This document shows, one piece after another, positions 27,990-40,574 of a stretch of DNA of 64,000 nt. The notes beneath the pieces were generated by a model that saw only the letters and a list, made by a program, of their open reading frames with translations, was not told where the DNA came from and searched no databases. Source of the DNA: Octopus vulgaris (Eukaryota); assembly GCA_951406725.2 (NCBI GenBank), contig OX597824.1:51150001-51214000 (forward strand), given 5' to 3'. Positions within the stretch are counted from its first letter, which is position 1. Every line of letters starts with the position of its first letter. A program made the position numbers and the translations under genes.

Positions 27990-28230
27990 ACGAATTGTCA
28001 ACTGTTCACAACCACTTGACTAAGGTTTCCATCCAAATTTCGAGAACTCTGCGGAGGATTCGTGCAGTTCCAAGCAACTTCATTTCCTGTTGGTATACTA
28101 TCTTCACAAGCATCCCTATTTTTTCAATCCAGATCGTGAGATTAGTACGGATAGTTTTCAAGGCTCGATCAACAACATTTAGAACACTTTCCTGAATGAC
28201 CAGTCTTTTTAACTCCCACTTTATCATATC
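27990..28230 (-). pseudogene. 3' end of a restriction-like-endonuclease LINE (R4/NeSL type)
   Basis: VV.RAL.TI..NL..WIEKIG....Q...LLGTARILRRVL C-terminal motif, followed by a (CAA)n tail. Confidence 0.7.
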
Positions 28231-28281
28231 TGACCTGCTTCTCTATTATTTTTGTTGTGATTAAAATTTTATGGATGATTA

Positions 28282-28640
28282 AGCAGCGAGCTGTCAGAAT
28301 CACTAGCATGCCGCGCAAAATGCTAAGTAGTATTTCGTCCATCTTTACGTTCTGAGCTCAAATTCCGGCGAGGTCGACTTTGACTTTCATCCTTTCGATA
28401 AAATAAGTACCAGTTGAGCACTAGGATTGATCTAATCGACTTACCCCTCCCCGAATTGGCTTCAAATTTTGGTACAAGATCAGCAACCTCAGTGGTCAAC
28501 TGGTACTTATTTTATTGATCCCGGAAGATGAAAGGTAAAGTCGACTGGGCAGAATTTGCGATCAGAATGTGAAAACGTCCAACATGCTATTACTTATTTT
28601 GCCCGACAAACTAACGATTCTGTCAGCTCGTGCCGCCTTA
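28282..28640. mobile_element. Two SINE family 3 copies in inverted orientation
   Basis: 28282-28460 (+) and 28495-28640 (-). Confidence 0.75.
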
Positions 28641-29194
28641 AAAGAACAGAAATATTAATGTTTTCTGTCCAACAATCTTGCAATTTTACCAATCCAACAC
28701 TGAAATCGTACCGATCCCGGGAGGATAAAATACAAATTTGACCTCGGCAGGATTTGAACTCGGGATGTAATTGTCCCCCATGTTAACAATTCAGTCAATA
28801 CTCCACCTTCTCATCCAGTACCGTCATCACCATGATTAATACCACCACCACTATTACGAGCAACGCTCCGACACCACCACCACTGTTACGAGCATCATTA
28901 CAAATTCACTTTCTTCACCACCGCCATCACTATCATTAGCCTGAAGTCGTTCCCTTTCTCTCTATCCCCTCTCTCTGATATCTCTTACCGTTACCTTTCC
29001 GCCCGTCTCCGTCCACCATATCGTCCTCTCCCACCATCGTTTCATAACGCTGCCGACATCTATTTATCAATGGCTACCCATTGACTTGTAAAGCAAGCTC
29101 ATAGAATTAATGAAGAAGTGGACAGGAGAGTTGCTTTGTCCCACCTGATCATCACTGAGACGGCTAGCCATGGCTATTGTTCCACTCTGATTTC

Positions 29195-29226
<32 letters not shown>

Positions 29227-29505
29227 TGTATGTATGTATGTATGTATGTATGTATGTATGTATGTATGTATGTATGTATGTATGTATGTATGTATGTATG
29301 TATGTATGTATGTATGTATGTATGTATGTATGTATGTATGTACGCATGTATGTATGTATGTATGTATGTATGTATGTACGTACGCATGTATGTATGAATG
29401 TATGTATATATGTATGTATGCACGCATGTATATATGAACGTATGTTTGTATGTATGCATGTATGTATGTATGTATATGAATGCATATATGAAAATATATG
29501 TATGA

Positions 29506-29545
<40 letters not shown>

Positions 29546-29979
29546 GCACATACACACACATATATATATATAATGTATGCATGTATATATTTATATATGT
29601 ATATATGCATGTATGTATGAATGAATAAAAGAATGTATTTATGTACGTATGTGTATATGTACTTATATATTCTATATATGTATATATATAAGATGTATGT
29701 ATGTAGATATATGAATATATATGCGTCTGTGCATATGTTTGTGTATGTGTGTGTATGTGTGTGTGCGTATGTGTGTATATATGTGTGTATGTGCGTGTAT
29801 GTGTGTATATATGTGTGTATGTGCGTGTACGTGTGTGCGTGCGCGCGCGCGTGTTTCTGACATTATTCAAACACAATAAACAAGCGCAAATATAGAGAAA
29901 AAGGTAGAGAAATCTATATGCAGAGACAAACAGGTTCCTTTATTTCTCTCTCTCTCTCTGTTTCTCACTCTCTCTCTAT

Positions 29980-30023
<44 letters not shown>

Positions 30024-30812
30024 CATAATTCATCGTTGTTATTCCTCTCCACTTATCCATCCTCCCACCACCACCACCACCTCGCTTGCCCCATCAATAA
30101 TAAACAGTCTCTAATATTAATTTCCTTCGGCGTTAAGACCGCAAATGTGAATGCGTTTCACCCTCTTAATGACCAATTACTTATGTATGAGCCAAAGCGG
30201 TGTTTACAGGACAAGCAGCGGCGGTAAGGGTGATGGTGGTGGAGGTGATTATTGCGGAGGAAATAATGTCTGTGTGTGTGTGTGTGTGTATGTATGAGAG
30301 AGAGAGAGAGAGAGAGAGAGACAACGGAAAAGCTTGTTTGTATTTTTTGTTTTTTCTTTTCCTTTCGTGATTACAATATTCTTGTAATTTGTTGTTGCTT
30401 TTGTTGTCGTTGTTTTTGTAGGTGTGACGTCACGTTTCACCACATTTGAGATTTGCTGCCACATCATCTGTCTTGTTAGCAAACGTTAATTCAGGTGAGG
30501 AGTAAATAAGAATCTCTCTCCCTCCAACCACACCCTACCTGTTCATACATAACACACAAACACATAACACACACACACAGACGCACAATACACACTCATG
30601 AACACACAGGCACATACATACACACAGATACATGTACATAAAAGTTAGTAAAGCGCGACTGAAAGCACGTGCACATGAAAAGGGTGTATTACTGGTTGTG
30701 TGGTGATGGGCAACAAATACTCGTGATAACAGACAGCGCAGAGGCTCGGATTTAACGCTTTATGTGTGTGTATGTGTATCTACTCCTCTGTGTGTGTAAC
30801 TGCGTGTGCTTT

Positions 30813-30856
<44 letters not shown>

Positions 30857-31348
30857 TTTCACGTACAATGCTTGTTTGTTCCATGTTATTAGTTTTAAAT
30901 TCTATTAGGATCTTCTTCGTATTCTATTGTACTTATTTGTGGTGTCAGTATCGATAAAACATAGTGATATTTATATTTCATTAACTTCTGGAACTTTTTC
31001 TTGTCAAAGGAGCCTTGTCATCGTTCACTTTGACCGAAAGAAATGTTAAAAGAAAACCTACTAATTGTTATTCTTGTCCAAAATCTTGGTTCAAAGTAAA
31101 CACATTTATCTCCTAGCCAGCGATACATATTTCATTAAAACACAGACAAAACTTGGCTTTTGAAGGCAATAGCTGACACCAGTTAAAACGCCTGTGATAT
31201 TTTAGATTGTGTTGGCAGAAGAGGAGTTTCAAATGGGTTTCTGGCAACATATTGGGAAGCTAGGGGCAAACCTTTTTTTTGATGGTTCTGGGGAATGATT
31301 TCATTAAGAATATAAAAAAACAAACAAATGAAAATCAAAATAAGTTAC

Positions 31349-31531
31349 TGTTATAATCTTTTTTCATGTTGGATTAATATAACACCCCTTCGGTATACAG
31401 TACACTTCGTAAAACCAGTAAAGACACGACTCTCTCTGACCACCTACTACGTCCTCTGGTACTTCACGTACTTCTCTTTACTTATAGTGACTATGTTATT
31501 CCATTCGTCACGTGGTTACTAATTCCCTACA
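31349..31531 (-). repeat. 3' LTR of the Gypsy relic
   Basis: Starts with TGT directly after the PPT-like tract; ends in AACA at 31349 or 31367 (ambiguous). Confidence 0.55.
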
Positions 31532-33885
31532 TCTCCCATTTGAAGTTTTTCTTAGGAAGTGTCATTTTGTTGAGCAATAATTCTTATTTATTCACCCAAC
31601 CTCCCTTTCTTAATTTTTCTTTTCGTACAGTTTAATATTTTTTTCGCTTGGCATCTATTTTCAGGAACTCTGTATGTTTTCTTCTCCTCTCACTTGTACG
31701 CCTGGGTTCAATCACCTGCAGTGGCGTTGGTACTTGGAACGTATCGTACAACCATTCCATCAGTTCCTCCAACTTCTTTGGTTCGCTTTCCACGAATCTC
31801 TTTTTCAGTTGGTTCCTGTGTTTCTTTTGTATGCTTTTTCTACTTTTTACCCAATACATCATTTTACCTATGCATTTGGTAATTATGCCATCTTCCCAAC
31901 ACTGCTTTCCATTCTTGTATGCCTTCATGTACACCATTCCACCAACTTTAAAAAATCTTGCTATATCTTCCCTGGCACTTTTTCTTTTCTTGCCAGGTAG
32001 CATTTTATCAAAAACTGATTTTACTTTCTTTACAATCATCAGCTCCGCTGGTGAGCTACATGCTGGTTTTATCAAATTTGGTGTCACACGGTACACTCTT
32101 TAAAATTGTTGTAGAGCTATCTCATCCGTAACTTCCTTATTCGATTTTCTAATGGCTCTTTTGAAGGTATCGACAAAGCGTTCTGCCTGTCCATTAGATT
32201 TGGGCTGCTATGGCGCCGTAAAAAAATTATCACAGTTGAGGAGGTTGGTTTTTTGCACTTACAAATTTCTGGTCATTTCAAAAAAACATCGACTACTACT
32301 AAGTAGTTAGAACCATTTAAAGGACCAGCGAAATCGATGTGCAATCTCGACTTCGGAACATCTACTTTTGAACAATGTTTACTTTTTATCGTGGGCAATT
32401 TTTCATTTCGTTTTGGCTTACATATCGGTGTTCCACTCTGTTTTACGGCAATTTTTTGCTTTAGTACCTCAGCCGCATTTGAAACTTCGACTGAACCGAC
32501 TATATTTCCACACAAAACACTCGTGGGCGTATTCCATTCTTTGAATAGTTCCATCCACTCTGTGCCGAATAAATTAAGTGAACTTTTTAACATATACATC
32601 TTTGCTTTTTTTGTTTGACCTCGAAATGCTGCACTACATATGAATTCACTGAAAAAATATAATCTTTTTCCTGTAACAACATATGCTACCTTTTTCGATT
32701 TTATTAATTTTGGCTTACCGACATGCTTCCAAGTATTTTCGTTTATAATAGTAATATCACTACCAGTGTCCAATTTCATTTTAACACTTGTATTTCTGAT
32801 TTTCACCTTCATGAATTTTCTCATCGTTATATTTCAAATTTCTTCCGATGACATACTATTTATTCTTTATCCTTTGTTCTGACGTTTTGCCATTTTAGTT
32901 TAACAGTGCGCTTTTTTAAATGGGCAATTTTTTCCTCAGGTGTATACCTCCACATGCAAAACATGGGCTTATTTCCTGATTTTTGTCGTGTTTTTTTAGA
33001 AAGCATTTTAACTCTATTCTGACTGTTTCGCACTTGCTTTACTTGGAAACAATCTTTACATTCGATTTCTTCTGCGTCGTGTCTTAATTTGACTATCTTT
33101 TCGCATTCTTCTGACTCTTGTTGGGTTACATCATGGTTTAGTTCCAGCTTTGCAAGAATTCTAGTGCTAACTTCTGCATCCTTTTCGTCCCTGTATAAAA
33201 GTCAGGCATTTGAACATATCTGGTGTTAATTTCTTCAGTTTAAACTCCTCACATTTCCTCTTTACTCTTCCAGTTTATGTGATGTCCTCGTCGTTTTTCT
33301 CTATGTTCTGACACTTCCAAAGTGTGTTGAACGATGAGCTTTTTTCACTGAAAATTTTACACAATATATCTATTGTGTCATTATGTCCGAAGGTTTTCTT
33401 GGAAGTACATAATTACTGTATCTTTCATGTTTTGTTGCTGCCAATTTTCTCAAGATCAAGTGTGTTTTCATTTCGTCGTCTCCAATCTTTACCTGCTTTC
33501 TCGAAGATTTGCTCATGTTTTCTGTAGTTTGCTTCGAAGGTAACTCCTTCATCAGGTTCGTATTTGAACTCTGTTATGGAGTTCGTGACATTGTCGAGAA
33601 CACTTTTTCTGACTACCCTAATGACTTTAGTAATTGTAGCATTTGTTGCTGTAATATTATTTGTTGTTGTTGTTGCTTCTGTTGTTGCTCTTGCAGTTGT
33701 ATCCGCTGCTGCTGCTGTTGTTGTTGTTGTTGTTGTTGTTGTTGCAGTTGTAGCTGCTGCTGTTGTTGCTGTTTTTGCAACTCGAGCAAACCGGCCAACA
33801 AATTTTTCAAAATTTTACAATTTTTTTTCGTAAAATTCGTACAACAAAACTTTTGTGAGTTTGTTAACACTTGCAGAAGCCACTG
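31349..33885 (-). mobile_element. Ty3/Gypsy (Mag-like) LTR retrotransposon relic with RT/RNase H deleted
   Basis: gag (poly-Q, EFKYEPDEGVTF, LILRKL, YSNYVLP), protease LDTGSDITII, integrase RLHIDFAGP..YLVVVD and SNGQAERFVDTFKRA; purine-rich AAATGGGAGA then TGTAGG LTR start at 31531; 5' LTR absent. Confidence 0.9.
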
Positions 33886-34312
33886 CTAAGTTACGGAGAC
33901 GTAAACACACCAAAACCGGTTGTTAAGTGGTGCTGAAGGACAAAGACACACACGTGCGCAGACACAGATTTAATGGAACAAATTGACCCTAGTACTTTAT
34001 CTTTTTCAAAGTGTGATACTTATTCTATTGGTTACTTTTGCCAAACCGCTAATTTGCGAAACGCAAAAACAAAAACAAAACAAAAACAACACCGGTTGTC
34101 AAGCCACGGTGGGGAACAAATACAACACACACACACATACATATTTACGACGGGTCTCTTTAGCATTCCTTCTACCAAATCCAGTCACAGGGCTTTGGTC
34201 AGCCAAGGGCTAAGTATGAGATGCCTGCCCAAAGTGCCAAGCAATCGGACTGAACATAGAACCATGTGGTTGGGAAGCAAGCTTCTTATCTACACAGCAA
34301 CAACCGCACCTG
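33885..34312 (-). mobile_element. SINE family 1, diverged, partly duplicated
   Basis: Colinear with the family consensus. Confidence 0.8.
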
Positions 34313-34860
34313 TATACAGCCATGCGTGAACTAATCATTATTAGTCAATGTATAGGTTTACTGGTGTATAATTGAAAAATGGTTTGATCGATATCACACA
34401 TACTAAAAGGCTGAAAGTCAAATCATCCCACTTAGTTTCGGTCATAACTGTTTTTAATATTTTTACGAAGTCATGAAGAATAGGTGCAAGCGGGTGGTAA
34501 GAGGTTTGCTTCCCAACCACACGGTTCCGCATTCAGTCCCACTGTGTGACACCTTAAGGAAGTGTCTTCTGCTATAGCCATGGGCCGACCAAAACCTTGT
34601 GAGTGGATCTGGTAGGTGGAAACTGAAAGAAGCCTGTCGTATATATATATATATATATATATAAATTGTTAACGCCATATTAATAATAAATTAATTGTTA
34701 ACGCCATATTAATATGGCAGTCTTATAGATATAAGACTAAAAGCTGTCGCTGATTAGCTCCATGAGGCCATCGCCTTAAGATAGCTATTTGACACACAAA
34801 CTGTGTCCATTATAACCTTCGAACAAGGGAGATCAGCCGCTTGACACTGCCACTCAGACA

Positions 34861-34903
34861 GCTACAGACTCGTTTCAGGGTATTTGCCCTTTGTCAATGT
34901 AGC
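34861..34903 (-). ncRNA. Minimal type I hammerhead, U3-A8 variant, extended stem I
   Basis: GCTACA-TTGACAA-AGGG-caaata-CCCT-GAAA-cga-GTC-TGTAGC. Confidence 0.75.
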
Positions 34904-35007
34904 GTAGTCGACCCAGCAGGTGTCGCCACTGATCGTCTCTGTTCGAAGGTTTAATTACCTAGTTTCGGTGGAATACATCCACTTGTTTTCAATAATAGAA
35001 ATATTAC

Positions 35008-35050
35008 GCTACATTGACAAAGGGCAAATACCCTGAAACGCGTCTGTAGC
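35008..35050 (+). ncRNA. Minimal type I hammerhead, U3-A8 variant
   Basis: GCTACA-TTGACAA-AGGG-caaata-CCCT-GAAA-cgc-GTC-TGTAGC; palindromic stem III ACGCGT. Confidence 0.8.
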
Positions 35051-35281
35051 TGTCTGACTGGCGGTGTGAAGCGGCTGACCTCCCTTGTTCGAAGGTTATA
35101 ATGGACACAGTTTGTGTGTCAAATAGCTATCTTAAGGCGATGGCCTCATGGAGCTAATCAGCGACAGCTTTTAGTCTTATATCTATAAGACTGCCATATT
35201 AATATGGCGTTAACAATTAATTTCCAGTAACGCTGCCGTAATCTTTTTTAGAGAGACTTAGTAACTTTAATATTTTATTAT

Positions 35282-35353
<72 letters not shown>

Positions 35354-36402
35354 TGCGTTTGTTCCACACCACCGTTTGACAACTGGTGTTGGTTTGTTTA
35401 TGTTTCTGCATCTTAGCGGTTCGGCAAAACAGATAGATGGAATAATTACAAGGCTAAGAAAATAAGTACAGAGGTCGATTCATTCGTCTAAGAAATCATG
35501 AAGTCGGTGCCCTAGCATGGCCTCAGTCTAATGATTGAAGCAAGTAAAAATGAAAGAAATTAAGACCGAAGATATACCATTATATATAATTAAGACCGAA
35601 GATATACTATTTTCACCAGGAGACATCACGCAAAATACATGCTTCCTATGTATCTAACACTGGGCTAAACCGAGTTAAACCGAGTGCATTACTCTGCACC
35701 TACGGCTACATTAAATATAGATGGGAGCCCAGTGTTCACGGTATCTAAAATAATGTTCTTTCAGCCACTAATAATTTCTTTAAGTTGTACGAGTATGGCA
35801 GATTCCACTTCTGAAAACATTTTCGATGCAATTTACAGCCTTTTGGGGGTCTATAAAATAAGTGCCAGCTGAGCACTGAAGTCGATGTAATCGTCTTACC
35901 CCCTCCCCAGAAATTACTGATCTTATGTCAAAATCTGAAACTACATCAGTACTTGACTGGTACATAAGGTCAGCAATGTTAACGAACAAGATGAGTCGAT
36001 TACATTGACATCAATACTTAAAATATATTTTATATATTTGACTCCGAAAGAATGTAAGATAAAGCTGAGCTCAGCATGATGATAACTCAAAATGTGAAGT
36101 GCTGCAACAAATACCACTCTAATGGTTCTCCCAATCCACCACTCTAACGATTCTGCCAATTCCCTGCCCTGCGATTTTAATTTTCCAGTTAAAACGAATT
36201 ATCATTCAACAACCGTAGTGGTTGAATATATTCTTAAGTCCACCATTTCGTCAATCGCAGCAGCTTCCAAGCTTCACAATTCCTAATTTCAAATTAAAAG
36301 TATACCTTTCTTAGGCTTAAATGGTTGGTGTAATCGACCAGCCCTCTCCTCTGAACTTGGTGGCCCTGTGCCAAAATTTAAATTCGGTATATACACACAC
36401 AA

Positions 36403-36448
<46 letters not shown>

Positions 36449-37353
36449 ACATACAGACACACACATACGTGCGGAGTCATCTTTGCCTCTCCCCACTTTT
36501 TACATATTCTTTCATTTCTGAACTATTTGTTTCCCACGACGAAATATGTTAAGATGCAAAGCGTACAATTTTTCTATGTGAAAAGCAACGCAAACTTGAA
36601 ATCGAAATGGTTTGCCTTTTCTTCACAGCTGGAGAAGGATTCTACTTCATTATGCACTAAAAAGAAAAAAATTAGTTAAATGCATAAATAAAGCTCAAAG
36701 AAACCTGGGGACGAACCCACGACCCTTCACGCATTATTGGCCCAAACCAAAACAGAAATACTTTAACGCCATGAGAGCAGAGACCGTCCCGATATAATGA
36801 ATAATTTATCTAGGCGTGTCGGTGAAGTAGAATGTTAAACCGAGTGCATTACTCTGCACCTACGGCTACATTAAATATAGATGGGAGCCCAGTGTTCACG
36901 GTAACATCAACATGGCGTATTTTTGTCTTACCTGCTGTAGTCATGTGTCTGCCTTCCATTGTTCGACAATTGTCGGCAGAATGGTAGACCTGTTAACTAT
37001 GATGATGCTGGTGATGTTGAAAGCGATGTCGGTTTGTGATACTGATGGCCGTGGTGAGGGTAGAAGGGGTGGTGGCGATGGTAGTGGTGGTGGTGGCTGG
37101 GGTGATGGTGGCCATGATGATGGTGACCATGATGATGGTGGTAGAGTTGGTTGAAGCAGTGGTGGTAGGGGTTATGGTGACGGTGCAAGATGTGATGGTA
37201 GTGGTGTAGGTAGAGGGATTGTGGCGAGTGATGCTGGCTGTTGTGGTTATAGCGATGGGGGTGAAGGGTCTTAGTGATAATAATAAAGGTTAGTGATGGG
37301 AATGGTAAAAGTGATTGGTAATGGTGGTGATGGTTTATGAGTGTGTGCATGTA

Positions 37354-37396
<43 letters not shown>

Positions 37397-37439
37397 ATAT
37401 ATGTATGTATGTACGTACGCATTTATGTATGTATGTATG

Positions 37440-37473
<34 letters not shown>

Positions 37474-37609
37474 TGTATGTATGTATGTATGTACGTATGT
37501 ATGTATATGTGTCTATTCAATAACTGAGTTTATCCTTGTCATTTAGAAAAACAGAAATCCCTTTGGTGGTGTTTAAAATTTAAAAATACACGCAAAATAT
37601 ATAAACCTA

Positions 37610-38020
37610 ATACTCTTTACTCTTTTACTTGTTTCAGTCATGTGACTGTGGCCATACTGGAGCACCGCCTTTAATCTAGCAAATCGACCCCAGGACTTAT
37701 TCTTTGTAAGCCTAGTACTTATTCTATCGGTCACTTTTGCCGAACGGCTAAGTTACAGGGAGGTAAACACACCAGCATTTGTTGTCAAGTGATGCTGTGG
37801 GGACAAACACAGACACACAAACATATACATATATACGACGGGCTTCTTTCAGTTCCCGTCTACCAAATCCACTCACAAGGCCTTCTATTTATGTCTTCAC
37901 TAGTGTCTTCTACTATAGCCTCGGGCTATAGTAGAAGATACTTTCCCTAGGTGCCACTCAGTGGGACTGAACCCGGAACCATGTGGTTCGTAAGCAAGCT
38001 ACTTACTACACAGCCACTCA
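37610..38020 (-). mobile_element. SINE family 1, near full length
   Basis: Colinear with 324-731; small inverted rearrangement around 37885-37940. Confidence 0.9.
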
Positions 38021-38236
38021 TCCTAATTTTTGGAAGATAATAGGAATCGATGTTGATTTTAAAGCCGACTAATAATAATTTAGCATACGGTAGCGATTCT
38101 CTGAATTATGTTTCGTCATCTTTATTGCTGGTATATACATATATCAGTGACACTGTTTCTCCTCTATTTATATAGGCGCAGTCGTGAGTTTGTGGGCAAA
38201 AACTTGATTCCCAACCATGTGGTCTTGGTTTTAGTT

Positions 38237-38558
38237 CAGTGCTGGCCAACCTAAGGCCAGCGGACCGCGTGCGGCTCGCAGGGTTTTATCTTGCGGCCCG
38301 TTTGATACTTTCTTGAAATGGATTTATTTAAACAAACACTTTTTAAAATTTATTAAAAATTAAAGATTGTAATGAAAAATAAAAAGGATAATATTGTTTT
38401 TGCAACGATAATATTTCATGTTGACTCAACGATCATTGATTCTTCATTGTAATAATAGCATGAGAAAGCAAAATGCTTTCAATCATGTAGATTACAAGCG
38501 ACCCTCAAAAAACTTTGTGATTAAAGTGGCCCACAATGTAATTCGAGTTTCAGGCCTG
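38237..38558. mobile_element. hAT (Charlie-like) MITE inserted in the B box of a family 1 SINE head (38174-38675)
   Basis: CAG...CTG ends, GCGGCCCG/GTGGCCC subterminal motifs, 8-bp TSD TTTTAGTT / TTTTAGTC. Confidence 0.75.
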
Positions 38559-38889
38559 TTTTAGTCCCACCGTGCTGTACCTTCGGTCTGTATCTTCTAC
38601 TATAACCTTAGGCCAACCAAACGTTTGCGAGAGCATTTTGAGGACGGAGAGTGAAAGTAGCTTCCACGTCGTATAAATACATATGCAGGCGTGAGCAAAA
38701 GTAGATATACAATTGATTAATATGAATAGAAAGTTCTTTTCCAACCATATAATACATATCTGAAATTAGGAATAATTATTTCATTATAGAGAGAATTAGT
38801 TAAGAAGAACACCGAATCAGAATTTTTATCTTAAAAAAGAAATAGAGAAATGAAAAGAACATTGCACTCTTACTAAATAACTGTATACC

Positions 38890-39444
38890 AACTTTTGCCC
38901 ACTGCATTCTTGCCCCTCCTTAATTCTTCTATCCCTCTGCCTCTACCTCTCTCTCTTCTCTCCCCACGTGACCGGTGTTCGGCCAGGCCTCACCTTTCTT
39001 TATTGGTTCGACTACCATCCGTGCAACATCTATATTCCTTCCTGTCATGTCAAATCTTATGTCCCTGCCGTAAGGCATTACTTCCACACACGCCAGCTTA
39101 ATTTAATTTAATTCGTACTTAGTTAAAAATCACCTGTTGCTATATTCTATTATTTGCGTTTGCATTTGTGTAACATTCTCCGTTTTTTGTCGTCTTTGTT
39201 TTCGCTGCTTTCTTCCAAGGTATCTAATGCTCTTACCTTAGTCTTTTTCCTTGGGGCTGGCCAGATTGGAGTAATCTCGAGTATAACCAGCTGAAATTGG
39301 AAAGATAATCTGGAACTCGACTGAGGATAGAAAACTCCTAATGACCCGTCCTTCTTTTCTTTGTATCGTCTGTCTAGATGTTTTGTTGTCCCTTTTTTGT
39401 ATCACCTAACTGTCTGGATGTTTTGTGTTCTTGCCCCATTTTTG

Positions 39445-39448
<4 letters not shown>
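38890..39448 (+). mobile_element. Interspersed repeat, same family as 14223-14757
   Basis: Homology as described for 14223-14757; ends in (TA)n. Confidence 0.8.
39255..39327 (+). ncRNA. Candidate non-circularly permuted hammerhead ribozyme
   Basis: GGCTGG CCAGATT gga GTAAT-C-TCGAGT ataa CCAGCT-GAAA-TTG gaaagat AATCTGG a ACTCGA-CTGAGGA. Confidence 0.65.
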
Positions 39449-39481
<33 letters not shown>

Positions 39482-40067
39482 CATACATACATACATACAT
39501 ACATACATACATACATACGTGTGTGTGTGTATATGCGTATTTTGAGGGCGGTACCCCAGTATGGTCGCAGTTCAATGATCGGAACAAGTAAAGATATATA
39601 TGTGATGCATTCAGCATATTTAATGAGAGGCAGCACTTTTTGCTTTCTCACTTTCCTCTCCCACTGAAACTCAAAAAGGTCGACGATGATGTGATCATAC
39701 AAGAAGTGTATGACTTAAGTCCCTTCAGCCACCAGACAAGTAAAGATATATATGTGGTGCATTCAAAAAGTATCCAACTTTATTCTTTCCTGCCAAAACT
39801 GAGCCCCATCCCCCAGGATATTGCTTGTTGTTTTTACATTCGACACAAGTTAATTACTTCTAATTGAAAGGATGATATATCACTTGATCGCAGTGTTTCA
39901 GCCTGCGAAGTGACATCGATGAAACGTTGTTACTGTGTTTGTATTTTGCATGTTGAACGTTACCCTGAAGTAATTTCGGCCAACCTTATTGTCCATAATA
40001 CTCTTTCTCACTTTCACATACACATACACACACAAATAAATGCGCACGCACACGCACACATATATAC

Positions 40068-40133
<66 letters not shown>

Positions 40134-40574
40134 TTTCTATTTCCTTCTCACTCCGTTCTTCTTTTGTTCTCTCTCTATTTATCTTCCGCTCCACTCTGGC
40201 TCCCATTCTCTCAATTTCACACACGCGCACCGATACTATCTCTGAACTTATGTCTTTTAAACACACACACACACACTCATGCACGCGAACACACACACAC
40301 ACACATACACACACTCACACACTCACACACGTGAACACACTTGTCTGTCACTCTTGTGAAAACATTAAACTCCAATCGCATAATGCCTGCACCAAGTGTA
40401 TACAATATTCAACATACAATAGACAATACACAATGTACAATATTGCATGTACAATACACGGGTACGGAATGATCCACTTCAGGTTGCAACCCATAAGCTG
40501 TATCCGATCCGTGACAAGGAAAATATAAATACATTAAACATTTATAACAGATTTACGGTATAACGTACCATCTA

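Larger units (their letters stand above)
34688..35223. mobile_element. Inverted PLE pseudo-LTR pair (arms about 219 bp)
   Basis: 34688-34906 is the near-perfect reverse complement of 35005-35223; each arm holds a minimal HHR. Confidence 0.9.
34481..35558 (+). mobile_element. SINE family 1 split by the palindromic HHR element
   Basis: Head at 34481-34640 and 3' half at 35352-35558, with 34663-35283 inserted in its internal microsatellite. Confidence 0.8.

Noticed and set aside
36932-36989. Possible 58-nt minus-strand exon with a CAG|GTAAGA donor
   Set aside because: Weak acceptor, no recognisable peptide and no partner exons
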